The translations under genes and the position numbers were made by a program. Shown here in pieces: positions 19,650-28,767 of a stretch of 64,000 nucleotides of DNA. Source of the DNA: an uncultured delta proteobacterium (GTDB taxonomy: Bacteria > Desulfobacterota > Binatia > Binatales > Binataceae); the NCBI GenBank assembly GCA_963765675.1, contig CAVXXK010000001.1, positions 928,001-992,000 of the forward strand, read 5' to 3'. The notes beneath the pieces are model-generated. The model ran no database searches and was not told the DNA's origin. It saw only the letters and a program-made list of their open reading frames with translations. Position 1 is the first letter of the stretch. Each line of letters begins with the position of its first letter.

Positions 19650-21152
19650 CTAGAAATCCAGCAGCTCGCGCATTCGCTCGAGGACGCGTTGCGCGCGGGT
19701 CATTTTCCCGTCCACATGTTGGTCGACGTGCAGCGTCTTTTCGCGATCGAGCTGGCGCTGCGCGACGATTTCGCTGATCGCCTCGGCCGCTTTCGGATGC
19801 TCGCGGAACAGACGGGAGAAGCCGTCGCGGTTCATTTCGAGCACCTCGGTGTCGGTCACCGCCTTGATTGTCGCGTTGCGCGGATCGCCGTTTAAGAGCG
19901 CACCCTCGCCATAGATCTGCGACGCTCCGCCGTAGGCAAGATGGCGCTCGGTTCCATCCTGCGCGGTTCCGATTATCTCGACCGTGCCGCGGCGCACGAT
20001 GAACATCGTTTCACCCGGCTCTCCGGTGCGCACCAGCACCTCGCCCGCGCCGAACTGATGCACCTGCACGGTGGGGACGAGGAAGCGGAGGTCGGCGTCG
20101 GTCAGCTCGGCCAGGAACGGAACCTTGCGCAGCTCGGTCATGATCTCGGCTTCGTACTCGGCTTCGCCTGCGCCGATCCTCCCGCGGCGTTCGCGCCGCA
20201 GCTCGAGCGTGCGCATCGGATACGGAATATCGATCCGGTTACGGCGTAGCGCATACCACAGGCTCGACACGACTTCCGAATGGACGCGCTCCTGCAGTGC
20301 GTAATCGTCGATCCAGAATTTGATCCGATAGCGAATCGCGCTGTCGCCGTACTCCCAGGGCATGATTTCAACCGCCGGCTCGCGCGTCACGTGCGGAATA
20401 TCGCGCAGCACCTTGACCAGCACCTCGCGCACACGATTGGGCGGTACATCGTAGGCGATTCCGATCGAGATTTCGTCGCCGATCGCGCCGCTGAAATTCA
20501 CCAGCACGTCCTTGCTGACCAGCGAGTTCGGAACCTCAAGCCGCTCATGGGCGCGAGTGACAACGGTTGTCGAGCGCCATCCGATTCCGCGCACCTGTCC
20601 GACAAAGTTGCCTGCACGCACCCAGTCCCCAGGCTCGAAGGGCTTGCCGAGCTGGAGCATCAGGCCGCTGAACACGTTGCTGAGCGATTCCTGTAGGGCG
20701 AGACCTATGACCGCGGCGACCACGGTGGTGGTAGTGAGAATCGACAGCGGTTGAAAACCAAAGTCGGTGTACAAGACGACGCCCGCGACCACCGCCCACA
20801 ACACAAACATCACGAGGTCTTTGAAGATGGTCGAAAAATGCGCGCGCCCGCGCCTCGTCAGACCGTCGAAGGCCTCGAGCAAAAGCCGGATGACTCCGAA
20901 CAGGAACAGGACCAGCGCGGCGGCGGCAACCTTCTCGGCGATATCGCGTCGATGAATCAACGTCGAGGCGACGTCGAGGATCAGGCCGGACGCGATAAGC
21001 ACAAATGTGTTCGAGCTGATCGAGGAGCGCCGCCGCCTGAGCGCGAAGGCTCCCAGAAGCGCGACCAGAATCGCGAGCGATTCCGCGAAATCGCGCAGAT
21101 CCGAATGGATCGCCCAGAAACCGAGAATCAATTGCAGCGGCGTTGACCGCAT
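19650..21152 (-). CDS. MscS-family mechanosensitive channel with C-terminal cyclic-nucleotide-binding domain
   Basis: GLALQESLSNVFSG, PFEPGDWV and IDIPYP, followed by cNMP motif GEGALLNGDPRNATIKA. Confidence 0.9.
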   Translation of the reverse strand: MRSTPLQLILGFWAIHSDLRDFAESLAILVALLGAFALRRRRSSISSNTFVLIASGLILDVASTLIHRRDIAEKVAAAALVLFLFGVIRLLLEAFDGLTRRGRAHFSTIFKDLVMFVLWAVVAGVVLYTDFGFQPLSILTTTTVVAAVIGLALQESLSNVFSGLMLQLGKPFEPGDWVRAGNFVGQVRGIGWRSTTVVTRAHERLEVPNSLVSKDVLVNFSGAIGDEISIGIAYDVPPNRVREVLVKVLRDIPHVTREPAVEIMPWEYGDSAIRYRIKFWIDDYALQERVHSEVVSSLWYALRRNRIDIPYPMRTLELRRERRGRIGAGEAEYEAEIMTELRKVPFLAELTDADLRFLVPTVQVHQFGAGEVLVRTGEPGETMFIVRRGTVEIIGTAQDGTERHLAYGGASQIYGEGALLNGDPRNATIKAVTDTEVLEMNRDGFSRLFREHPKAAEAISEIVAQRQLDREKTLHVDQHVDGKMTRAQRVLERMRELLDF

Positions 21153-21172
21153 CGTTTATGCCCCGATGACCT

Positions 21173-22345
21173 CTATATCCCGATCACGTCGGCGATTCCG
21201 CTGAGCAATTTCCCGGCGGCAAAAAACTCCGCCGCGATCTCGCGCGCCGCGCGCGCATGCCGCGCATAGTCCGCGTTCACGCGCCCGATCGCATCGACCG
21301 CTTCATCGGCGGTGTCGAAGCCCAAAAGGCCTTCGCCCTCGGGAATGAACTTCTCAAATCCCGTGCGCTGGGTCACGACCGGGCGCCCCGCCGCCAGATA
21401 GCATACGCTGCGGTCGCTGAACCATCCGGAGCGTGTGCGCACGTAGATGTCCTTCGCGACCGTGAACTCGCCGCGCGAGGCACTGATATATTTGCGATAC
21501 GCATCGATATCCAGCGACATCGGCGTCACCGGCATGATCGAGAATCCGCCCGCGAGCGCAGCGTCGTAGTCGGGACCGGCTTTCAGGTCGGTGGCCATCT
21601 CTATCGGCTGCGCCGCCCGGCGCGGAACCTCGAACATCCGCTGAAAGTTGACGTGCTTGGACCAATAGTAGGTATCGCCGCCGATCACCAGATCGCTGCC
21701 GTGGTTGCGCCAGGTGCCGACGGTGGTGAACGCGCGCGGCTTGGCCGGGCCAACGCCGGCGGGCCAATCGTCGAGCAGGACAGGAGGCCGGGTGCTATGC
21801 CAATCGATTCCCGCCGCCGGAAGTTTGCAATCGGGCGCACCGATATTGGCGGCGTAAGTGAAAAAAAACTTGTGCGCAGACGCGAACTCGCGCGCGAGCG
21901 CGATTTTGCGCGCGTATTCGACCTGAAACGTTCCGGGGTCGGTTTCGAGATAGACGAGGCAGCGCGACGCGCGATGCTCCTCGCGCGGCTCGGTCGCGCC
22001 GCACAGATTGATCACAGCGTCTGCGCCGCGGATCAGCTCGAGGCATCGCTCGCGCGGCATCCCGACGTACTCCTCGCGCACGGAATCGAGAAATGCCCAC
22101 CGGCCGCCGAAGCCGTAGCGTTCGAGCACGCCACCCAACAGCCGCAGGTTGCGCGAAGGATCGCGCGTGATCGTAACCTCGAGCGGATCGTAGCAATGCG
22201 CTCGGTGATCCTCGATGTAATAGACGTCGAAGCCGAGTTCGCGAAATCCGATCAGATGATGCAGCAGCTGCCAGACGACACCCGCGAACGGGTACCGCGC
22301 GGCGAGGTGAAGAACGACGATTCGGCCCTTGCGCTTTTGGTCCAC
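21173..22345 (-). CDS. putative GT-B glycosyltransferase-like protein
   Basis: GFRELGFDVYYIED near the N terminus and SGWFSDRSVCYLAAGRPVVTQ.TG near the C terminus. Confidence 0.6.
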   Translation of the reverse strand: MDQKRKGRIVVLHLAARYPFAGVVWQLLHHLIGFRELGFDVYYIEDHRAHCYDPLEVTITRDPSRNLRLLGGVLERYGFGGRWAFLDSVREEYVGMPRERCLELIRGADAVINLCGATEPREEHRASRCLVYLETDPGTFQVEYARKIALAREFASAHKFFFTYAANIGAPDCKLPAAGIDWHSTRPPVLLDDWPAGVGPAKPRAFTTVGTWRNHGSDLVIGGDTYYWSKHVNFQRMFEVPRRAAQPIEMATDLKAGPDYDAALAGGFSIMPVTPMSLDIDAYRKYISASRGEFTVAKDIYVRTRSGWFSDRSVCYLAAGRPVVTQRTGFEKFIPEGEGLLGFDTADEAVDAIGRVNADYARHARAAREIAAEFFAAGKLLSGIADVIGI

Positions 22346-22424
22346 CAGGATTGAGCAATTTTACTGTGCGCGATGGATTATAGATAGCGGGTGCAGTGGT
22401 TAGACGAAGGCACGAGGGACATCT

Positions 22425-22614
22425 CAAGAGGACGCCTCGCGTGAGCCGACGGGCCGTCGGCCGCCACTGGCAGAAAAGACCTATCGCGTGACGTCAACCC
22501 ACTTCTCAGACGTACACCACCCAACTGCGCTTTTCGTCCCAGTTCCTCGATTGCGCGTTACTTCTCCGTCAGTGGTGGCCGACGGCCCGTCGGCTCACGC
22601 GACGCGTCCTCTTG
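22425..22614. repeat. REPIN-like inverted doublet, family B
   Basis: 54-nt arms at 22425-22478 and 22561-22614, 49/54 complementary. Each arm carries GTGG plus a GCCGACGG-N-CCGTCGGC hairpin. Confidence 0.85.
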
Positions 22615-22637
22615 TACGCGAGTGCGCCACACCATCG

Positions 22638-23261
22638 TCACGGCAGGCCGGCGATACGCCTTAGTTCGTCGTTCAACAACTCGACGGTCTTTCGCCGCTG
22701 GCTGACTTGCGCCGCGCGATTCTCTCCCAGCTCGCCCAGGTAGCATCCGCGATCCGGCAGATAGAGCACCGCGCGGTAGGGAAATCCCGGCTTGAGCTCG
22801 TGCCACGGCTTGCGCGCGATAACTCCCTCGATAGCCGCTTCGACCACGCGCTCGCACATCTCGAGACCGTCGCGCCAGGTGAGCGCGGCGGCGGCGCGCA
22901 GTCTGGCGGTGCGGCGCGAATCCTCGATTTCTTCCATCCGCCGCATCACCTCGGCGACGAGCGCATCATCCGGATCCTCGGTGGCGTTGCCGAGCCATCT
23001 GTGCGAGCGCACGCCCGGCTCGCCGCCGAGCGCGTCGATCTCGAGGCCGCCGTCGTCGGCAATCGTCGCGATACCGGCGCGCGCGAAATAGAAGCGCGCC
23101 TTGATCAGCGCGTTGCCCGCGAACGTGGCGGCCGTCTCCTCCGGATGCTCGCGGATACCCGCGTCGGCCAGCGAAATCGGTTTGAGCGCGTATGCGGCGA
23201 GCAGCAGGCGGTACTCAGCCAGCTTGGCGGGATTGGTGGTTGCTATGAGAATTTCTTTCAT
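22638..23261 (-). CDS. non-canonical purine NTP pyrophosphatase (HAM1/RdgB family)
   Basis: IATTNPAK, ETAATFAGNALIKA, ADDGGLEIDALGGEPGV.S and SQR in place of SHR. Confidence 0.85.
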   Translation of the reverse strand: MKEILIATTNPAKLAEYRLLLAAYALKPISLADAGIREHPEETAATFAGNALIKARFYFARAGIATIADDGGLEIDALGGEPGVRSHRWLGNATEDPDDALVAEVMRRMEEIEDSRRTARLRAAAALTWRDGLEMCERVVEAAIEGVIARKPWHELKPGFPYRAVLYLPDRGCYLGELGENRAAQVSQRRKTVELLNDELRRIAGLP

Positions 23262-23288
23262 CGCGATGCTGCGCGCCGATGCGGTGGG

Positions 23289-24449
23289 TCAGGATTTTGA
23301 TTTCGGATGGTAAGTGAATTTCAGATTCTCGCGCTCACGATGCTCTTCGAGTGCAAGCTCGATCAGCCGATCGATCAGCTTGTCATTGGGGATTCCGCTC
23401 GCCTCCCACAGCTTCGGATACATGCTGATCGAGGTGAAGCCGGGAATCGTGTTTACCTCGTTGACGTAAATGCGGCGCAGATCGCGGCTGGCCAGAAAAT
23501 CAACCCGCGCCATCCCGTGAATTGAGAGCGCCTTGAACGCGCGGATCGAGATCATGCCGAGGCGCTTCATGATCACGGCTGGAATGTCGGCAGGAATCTT
23601 CGTCTGCGCGCCGATCGGATCGACATACTTGGATTCGTAGCTGTAGAACTCGTGCGCACTCGCCACGATCACCTCGCCCGCGATGGAAGCCTCGGGACGA
23701 TCGTTGCCGAGCACCGCGACTTCGAATTCGCGGCCTGCGCACGAGGCCTCGATCAGCGCCTTGCGATCGTACTGAAATGCGTCTTCGAGCGCGGCGTCGA
23801 GTTCGGCCGCGCGTTTGACCTTGCTGACGCCGATCGATGATCCGGCCGCGTTGGGCTTGATGAACACCGGGTAGCCGAGTCCGCGCGCGAGCTTGCGCGC
23901 GCCGGCGCGATCGACTTGCCACTCGGCGCGCTCGATCGAGTGATAGCGCACGACTGGGACCTTCGCGGCGCGCAACAATCGTTTCTGCACGTCCTTGTCC
24001 ATCCCAATCGCGGAGCCGAGCACGCCGGCGCCGACGTACGGAATGCCGGTCAGATCAAGCAGCCCCTGCACGCTGCCGTCCTCGCCGAAGGTGCCGTGCA
24101 GCACCGGAAAAATCACGTCGAGCTCGCCCGCGACCGGCCCTCCCGTGCTCGCGAGATCGCCCGAAGTGGGCGCCCTGACCAGAGCGCGGCTGTTCCGATG
24201 CGGCAGCAAGGTGACGGGAGTATCTCCCGCCGAGAGCGCGGCCAGATGCGGCGTAGTGTCGGCGAGCAGCTTGAGCGCGTCATTTTCGAGATACCACTTG
24301 CCGTCGCGATCGATTCCGATCGGCACGATCTCGTAACGCTCCGGATCCATCGCGGACATCACACTGAGCGCCGACCGGAGCGACACTTCATGCTCGCCCG
24401 AACGGCCGCCGAACAGAACTCCAACCCGGATTTTATTGCTCAACGCCAT
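23289..24449 (-). CDS. ddl: D-alanine--D-alanine ligase
   Basis: GGRSGEHEVS, HGTFGEDGSVQG, GSSIG and NEVNTIPGFTSISMYP. Confidence 0.96.
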   Translation of the reverse strand: MALSNKIRVGVLFGGRSGEHEVSLRSALSVMSAMDPERYEIVPIGIDRDGKWYLENDALKLLADTTPHLAALSAGDTPVTLLPHRNSRALVRAPTSGDLASTGGPVAGELDVIFPVLHGTFGEDGSVQGLLDLTGIPYVGAGVLGSAIGMDKDVQKRLLRAAKVPVVRYHSIERAEWQVDRAGARKLARGLGYPVFIKPNAAGSSIGVSKVKRAAELDAALEDAFQYDRKALIEASCAGREFEVAVLGNDRPEASIAGEVIVASAHEFYSYESKYVDPIGAQTKIPADIPAVIMKRLGMISIRAFKALSIHGMARVDFLASRDLRRIYVNEVNTIPGFTSISMYPKLWEASGIPNDKLIDRLIELALEEHRERENLKFTYHPKSKS

Positions 24450-24573
24450 CGCATGCAGCCGCTCGCGCGGAGCATCGATTGTGACATGGCGCGCGAAAAT
24501 CTTCGAGCGCGCTTCGAGTCACGCTTCGCGCAGCGCATGGAATCGCGCTCGCCGCGCCGATAGAGTTTCGCCG

Positions 24574-25455
24574 ATGAAGCGCTATCCGTTCGTCACCGTT
24601 GACGTTTTCACTTCCCGCGCGCTTGCGGGCAACGGGTTGGCGGTCTTCACCGACGCGGCCGGCCTGAGCGACACCGAAATGCAGTCGCTGGCGCGCGAAA
24701 TGAATCTCTCCGAGACGACGTTCGTGTTCCCGCGCGACGTCGCCATCGAGCGCGAGCGCGGAATCAGCGTGCGCATCTTCACGATCGGATACGAACTCCC
24801 CTTCGCCGGCCATCCGACCCTCGGCACCGCCTTTGTGCTCGCGCGGACGCGGCAGAGCCGCGATATCGTGCTCGACCTGAAGGTGGGAAAAATCCCGGTT
24901 CATTTCACCGATCGCGAGGGCGAGCTGTTCGGCGAGATGACGCAGCGCGATCCTGAATTTGGCTTCGTTCACAACGCCGTCGAAGTCGCGGCCGTCACCG
25001 GATTGCCGCCCAGCGCGATCGACGCGTCGCTGCCGATTCAGACTGTTTCTACCGGGGTGGCATTTGCGATCGTGCCGATAATCTCGTTGGCTTCGTTTGC
25101 CAAACTGCACGTCGATCAGGCGCGGATACTTTCCTACCTTGAGCGTACCGCGACGCATCAGTTTTATTTTGTTTCACGTGAAACCCAAGACCCGGCGGCG
25201 CGGCTCCATGCGAGGATGCAATTTATCGGCGGCGAGGATCCCGCAACCGGCTCGGCCGCCGGCGACGCGGCGGCGTGGATGGTTCGGCACGGAGTCGCGC
25301 AACCGGGAGAGCAGGTGCTGATCGAGCAAGGTATCGAAGTGCAGCGCCCCAGCCGAATTTTCGTGCGCGCGAGCCGCGACGAATCGCGCGTGCACGAAGT
25401 TCGCGTCGGAGGCAATGTAGTCGAGGTGATCCGCGGCGAGGTGTCGCTGCCCTAG
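24574..25455 (+). CDS. PhzF family isomerase
   Basis: VDVF..GN, NLSETTF, ELPFAGHPT and EDPATGSA. Confidence 0.92.
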   Translation: MKRYPFVTVDVFTSRALAGNGLAVFTDAAGLSDTEMQSLAREMNLSETTFVFPRDVAIERERGISVRIFTIGYELPFAGHPTLGTAFVLARTRQSRDIVLDLKVGKIPVHFTDREGELFGEMTQRDPEFGFVHNAVEVAAVTGLPPSAIDASLPIQTVSTGVAFAIVPIISLASFAKLHVDQARILSYLERTATHQFYFVSRETQDPAARLHARMQFIGGEDPATGSAAGDAAAWMVRHGVAQPGEQVLIEQGIEVQRPSRIFVRASRDESRVHEVRVGGNVVEVIRGEVSLP

Positions 25456-25484
25456 TCTCGCGTCCACTCGCGAGCATCGCGCGG

Positions 25485-26939
25485 TTACTGGCGATAGTTC
25501 GGGGCTTCCTTGGTGATGAACACGTCGTGCACGTGGCTCTCGCGCTGGCCAGCGTCACTCACGCGGATAAAGCGCGCGCGGCGGCGAAGCTCGGCGAGAT
25601 TGGCGGCGCCGAGATAACCCATCCCGGATTGCAAACCGCCGATGAGCTGCTCGATATTCGACGCGAGCGACCCACGATGCGGCACGCGGCCTTCGATTCC
25701 CTCGGGCACGTGCTTGCCCTCGGCAGCCTCCTGCATCCCGTAACGATCGTGCGTACGCTCGTTCATCGCGCCGATCGAGCCCATCCCGCGATACAATTTG
25801 TAGGTACGGCCCTGGTAGAGAATCGTCTCGCCGGGACTTTCCTCGGTGCCCGCGAACAGCGATCCGATCATCACCGAGGTCGCGCCCGCCGCGATCGCCT
25901 TGGTGATATCGCCCGAGAAGCGAATTCCGCCGTCGGCGACGATCGGAATTCCGCGCGGCTCCGCAATCGCCGCCGTATCCATGATCGCGGTGATTTGCGG
26001 AACGCCGACGCCCGAGACCACCCGCGTGGTGCAGATCGATCCGGGACCCATCCCGACTCGCAGCGCGTCCGCGCCCGCGTCTATCAGCGCCTTGGCGCCT
26101 TCGGAGGTGGCGACATTGCCCGCGATAATGTCCACGTCGGGACAATCGCGACGCGTCGCGCGGACCGCCTCGAGCACGTTGTGCGTGTGACCGTGCGCAG
26201 TATCGATGCAAAGCACGTCAACTCCCGCGCGGCGCAGGGCAAGCGCGCGCGCCTCGCGCTCGGGACCGACGCCGATCGCGGCGCCGACGCGCAGACGGCC
26301 GCGGCTGTCCTTGCTCGAATGCGGATGCCGCGTCGCCTTGTCCATATCCTTCACCGTGATAAGGCCGCGCAGACGCTCGTGCTCGTCGGTGAGCAGGAGT
26401 TTTTCGATGCGATGCGCCTGCAGGATTTCCTTGGCCTGATCGAGCGAGATCCCGGGCCGCGCCGTGACCAGCTTGGTGGTCATCACGTCGCGCACCGGCT
26501 TGTCGAGGCGTTTTTCGAAGCGCAAGTCGCGATTGGTCAGAATTCCGACCAGGCGGCCCTCCTTCACCACCGGCAATCCGGAGATGTGATGCTGCTCCAT
26601 GATCGCGAGCGCTTCTCCGATCCGCTGCTCGGGATGGACGGTGACCGGATCGGCGATCATCCCGCTTTCATATTTCTTGACCGCTTCAACTTCGGCGGCC
26701 TGCTGCTCGATCGAGAGATTGCGATGGATAAATCCGATACCGCCGTGCTGGGCAAGCGTGATCGCGGTGAGCGATTCGGTGACGGTGTCCATCGGGGAGG
26801 ACACCAGCGGGATGCGCAGATGGATTTTGGGCGTGAGTTGGGTGGCGACGTCGCAGGCGGTGGGGAGCAGGTCTGAAAACTGCGGCAGCAGGAGAACGTC
26901 ATCGAAAGTTAGACCTTCGCGAAGCTCCGAATGAGGCAT
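25485..26939 (-). CDS. guaB: IMP dehydrogenase
   Basis: [11 protein letters not shown] pair, [14 protein letters not shown] and ESHVHDV. ATG 26939 follows a TAAGGAGG SD. Confidence 0.97.
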   Translation of the reverse strand: MPHSELREGLTFDDVLLLPQFSDLLPTACDVATQLTPKIHLRIPLVSSPMDTVTESLTAITLAQHGGIGFIHRNLSIEQQAAEVEAVKKYESGMIADPVTVHPEQRIGEALAIMEQHHISGLPVVKEGRLVGILTNRDLRFEKRLDKPVRDVMTTKLVTARPGISLDQAKEILQAHRIEKLLLTDEHERLRGLITVKDMDKATRHPHSSKDSRGRLRVGAAIGVGPEREARALALRRAGVDVLCIDTAHGHTHNVLEAVRATRRDCPDVDIIAGNVATSEGAKALIDAGADALRVGMGPGSICTTRVVSGVGVPQITAIMDTAAIAEPRGIPIVADGGIRFSGDITKAIAAGATSVMIGSLFAGTEESPGETILYQGRTYKLYRGMGSIGAMNERTHDRYGMQEAAEGKHVPEGIEGRVPHRGSLASNIEQLIGGLQSGMGYLGAANLAELRRRARFIRVSDAGQRESHVHDVFITKEAPNYRQ

Positions 26940-26952
26940 TTGGAGACCCTCC

Positions 26953-27036
26953 TTAAGCAAAAAGCCCGCAGTTGACCTGCGGGCTTTCGTCCGTTTGTAA
27001 GAGCTGAAACGCGTGCGTGCTAATCTGACGCGCCAT
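26953..27036 (-). CDS. candidate leaderless leader peptide [27 protein letters not shown] (27 aa)
   Basis: ATG lies 6 nt after the -10 box. The frame is open through the hairpin and its TAA overlaps the guaB SD. Confidence 0.45.
   Translation of the reverse strand: MARQISTHAFQLLQTDESPQVNCGLFA
26959..26987 (-). terminator. intrinsic terminator-like hairpin in the guaB leader
   Basis: Minus strand AAAGCCCGCAG-GTCAA-CTGCGGGCTTTTT, ending about 20 nt before the guaB start. Confidence 0.75.
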
Positions 27037-27041
27037 AACTG

Positions 27042-27070
27042 AAAGTAACAGAGAGCGGTGCCGCAATCAA
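27042..27070 (-). promoter_or_regulatory. sigma70-type promoter for guaB
   Basis: TTGATT-17 bp-TACTTT with an extended TG. Confidence 0.6.
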
Positions 27071-27080
27071 CACGGAGGAA

Positions 27081-27115
27081 TCAACCGGCCACCAAGACAC
27101 GAAGGCACGAAGAAG
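27081..27115. repeat. short CACCAAGACACGAAGGCACGAAG-type repeat (family D)
   Basis: The 20 nt TCAACCGGCCACCAAGACAC is identical to the reverse complement of 51804-51823. Confidence 0.75.
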
Positions 27116-27311
27116 GCCGGCTGAATATTCCATCATCGAAGCCACTGCGACGCTCCTCGTCGCGGCGCGCTGGAGCAAAAGCACGCTAAAGATCGTCGCC
27201 GCCGAAACATACATCAACTGAATTTCTGTGCGAAGTATCGCGGGTTCGGTAGAATCCGCCAATCAACGATACGCGGCGCATCCACGCCGACAAACATCAA
27301 AGGGGGCTGTC

Positions 27312-27515
27312 ATGCTTTGCATTGTTGAACTGCTCAACGAAGTGATCGATATGACTCCGCAAGACTTCGCCGAACGCGTCGGGCTTACGAGCATCACGGC
27401 AGCACACTATCAAAGGATGGGTTTCGACAACTGGCTTCGCCAGTGCGTCACGCCGAGCCGTCAATTCGCAAGCCTGAACGACGCCTACGGCGAATTCGTC
27501 AAGAGTTTCGGTTAG
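27312..27515 (+). CDS. small hypothetical protein, possibly HTH-like
   Basis: AAGGGGG RBS before ATG 27312. MTPQDFAERVGLT resembles an XRE-type HTH helix. Confidence 0.5.
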   Translation: MLCIVELLNEVIDMTPQDFAERVGLTSITAAHYQRMGFDNWLRQCVTPSRQFASLNDAYGEFVKSFG

Positions 27516-27612
27516 GCGGCGACGCTAAGTTTGGATGAATAGGTGCAATTCGGCGGCCATTGAGCTATCGTTCGCGCACATTCGCGGGTTTTGAGAGACC
27601 GACCGAGTTGCT

Positions 27613-28767
27613 GTGACCGAAAAGTTCACGTTCTATGAGTTTTTTGCAGGGGGCGGATTCGTGCGCTTGGGACTGGGGGCGCGCTGGAAGTGTCTGTTTG
27701 CGAATGACATCTCCGAGAAAAAGGCGGCATCCTATAGAGCGAACTTTCCGCCATCCAACGAACTGCATGTAGCCGACATCAAAGGGGTGGCGCCGTCTAG
27801 TTTACCGGGCCGTGCAGATATGGCCTGGGCCTCTTTCCCTTGCCAAGATTTGTCGCTAGCAGGCGCAGGAGCCGGCTTGCAAGGTGAGCGCAGCGGGACA
27901 TTTTGGACCTTCTGGAAGATTCTTCGGTCGCTCGGCGAGGAAGGTCGACAACCTACAATTGTAGTGCTTGAAAACGTCCCCGGGGCCGTGAAATCTCATG
28001 GTGGAAGGGATTTTCTGGAGATCATTCGCGTTCTCAATCAAGTAGGTTACCGTGTGGGAGCGATGATCGTTGATGCGTCCCTCTTTCTTCCGCAATCTCG
28101 TCCTAGATTAATCCTAATTGCGGTTTCCTGTGATTATGAGTTCCCTGCGACACTAACCGATAACCCATTTTCTCGGCCATGGCATACACGCGCGATTTGC
28201 GAAGCGTTTTTTGCACTTTCTCCGCATTATCGGCAGCGATGGGTATGGTGGAGATTGCCTTTACCTCCGTCGAGATCTAACTCAGTAGATTCTCTCATTG
28301 AAGATCCTCCTATAGGAGTGACTTGGTATTCGCCGAATGAAACCGAGAAACTTCTCGCCCAAATGACGCCCGTGAATCTCGCGAAAGTCGCCCATGCTCT
28401 TTCATACCAGGAGCGAAAAGTGGGACTCGTCTATCGACGGACGCGTGTCCTGCCTGATGGAACTCGGAATCAAAGAGCAGAGGTCAGGTTCGATGGAGTC
28501 AGCGGCTGCCTCAGAACACCAGGTGGCGGCTCGAGTCGGCAGATCGTATTGATTGTCGAGAACGGCGTCGTAAGATCGCGACTCCTGACGGCGCGGGAAG
28601 CAGCGCGTCTCATGGGCCTGCCTGAAAAATACAAGCTACCCAATAACTATAACGAAGCCTATCATCTCGTTGGAGACGGAGTTGCTGTGCCCGTCGTATC
28701 TTGGCTCGAACGGCACATTCTCGCTCCCCTTCTCTCACGCGAAATCACAACACACGCGGCACTATGA
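27613..28767 (+). CDS. DNA (cytosine-5)-methyltransferase
   Basis: Motif I FAGGG, IV SFPCQDLS, VI ENV, VIII QSRPR, IX-X REAARLMGLP..GDGV. Confidence 0.95.
   Translation: MTEKFTFYEFFAGGGFVRLGLGARWKCLFANDISEKKAASYRANFPPSNELHVADIKGVAPSSLPGRADMAWASFPCQDLSLAGAGAGLQGERSGTFWTFWKILRSLGEEGRQPTIVVLENVPGAVKSHGGRDFLEIIRVLNQVGYRVGAMIVDASLFLPQSRPRLILIAVSCDYEFPATLTDNPFSRPWHTRAICEAFFALSPHYRQRWVWWRLPLPPSRSNSVDSLIEDPPIGVTWYSPNETEKLLAQMTPVNLAKVAHALSYQERKVGLVYRRTRVLPDGTRNQRAEVRFDGVSGCLRTPGGGSSRQIVLIVENGVVRSRLLTAREAARLMGLPEKYKLPNNYNEAYHLVGDGVAVPVVSWLERHILAPLLSREITTHAAL

Noticed and set aside
25275-26876. 533-aa + strand ORF and similar long antisense ORFs (32893-34380, 21257-22354, 55224-56255)
   Set aside because: They are antisense shadows of real high-GC genes.
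26960-27040. Purine, ZTP or ykkC riboswitch upstream of guaB
   Set aside because: Only about 50 nt precede the hairpin and no aptamer consensus was recognised. An Rfam scan would settle it.
27465-27530. GTTAGGC at the end of the small ORF as an integron attC core
   Set aside because: There is no matching RYYYAAC inverse core with proper L boxes, no second site and no integrase.
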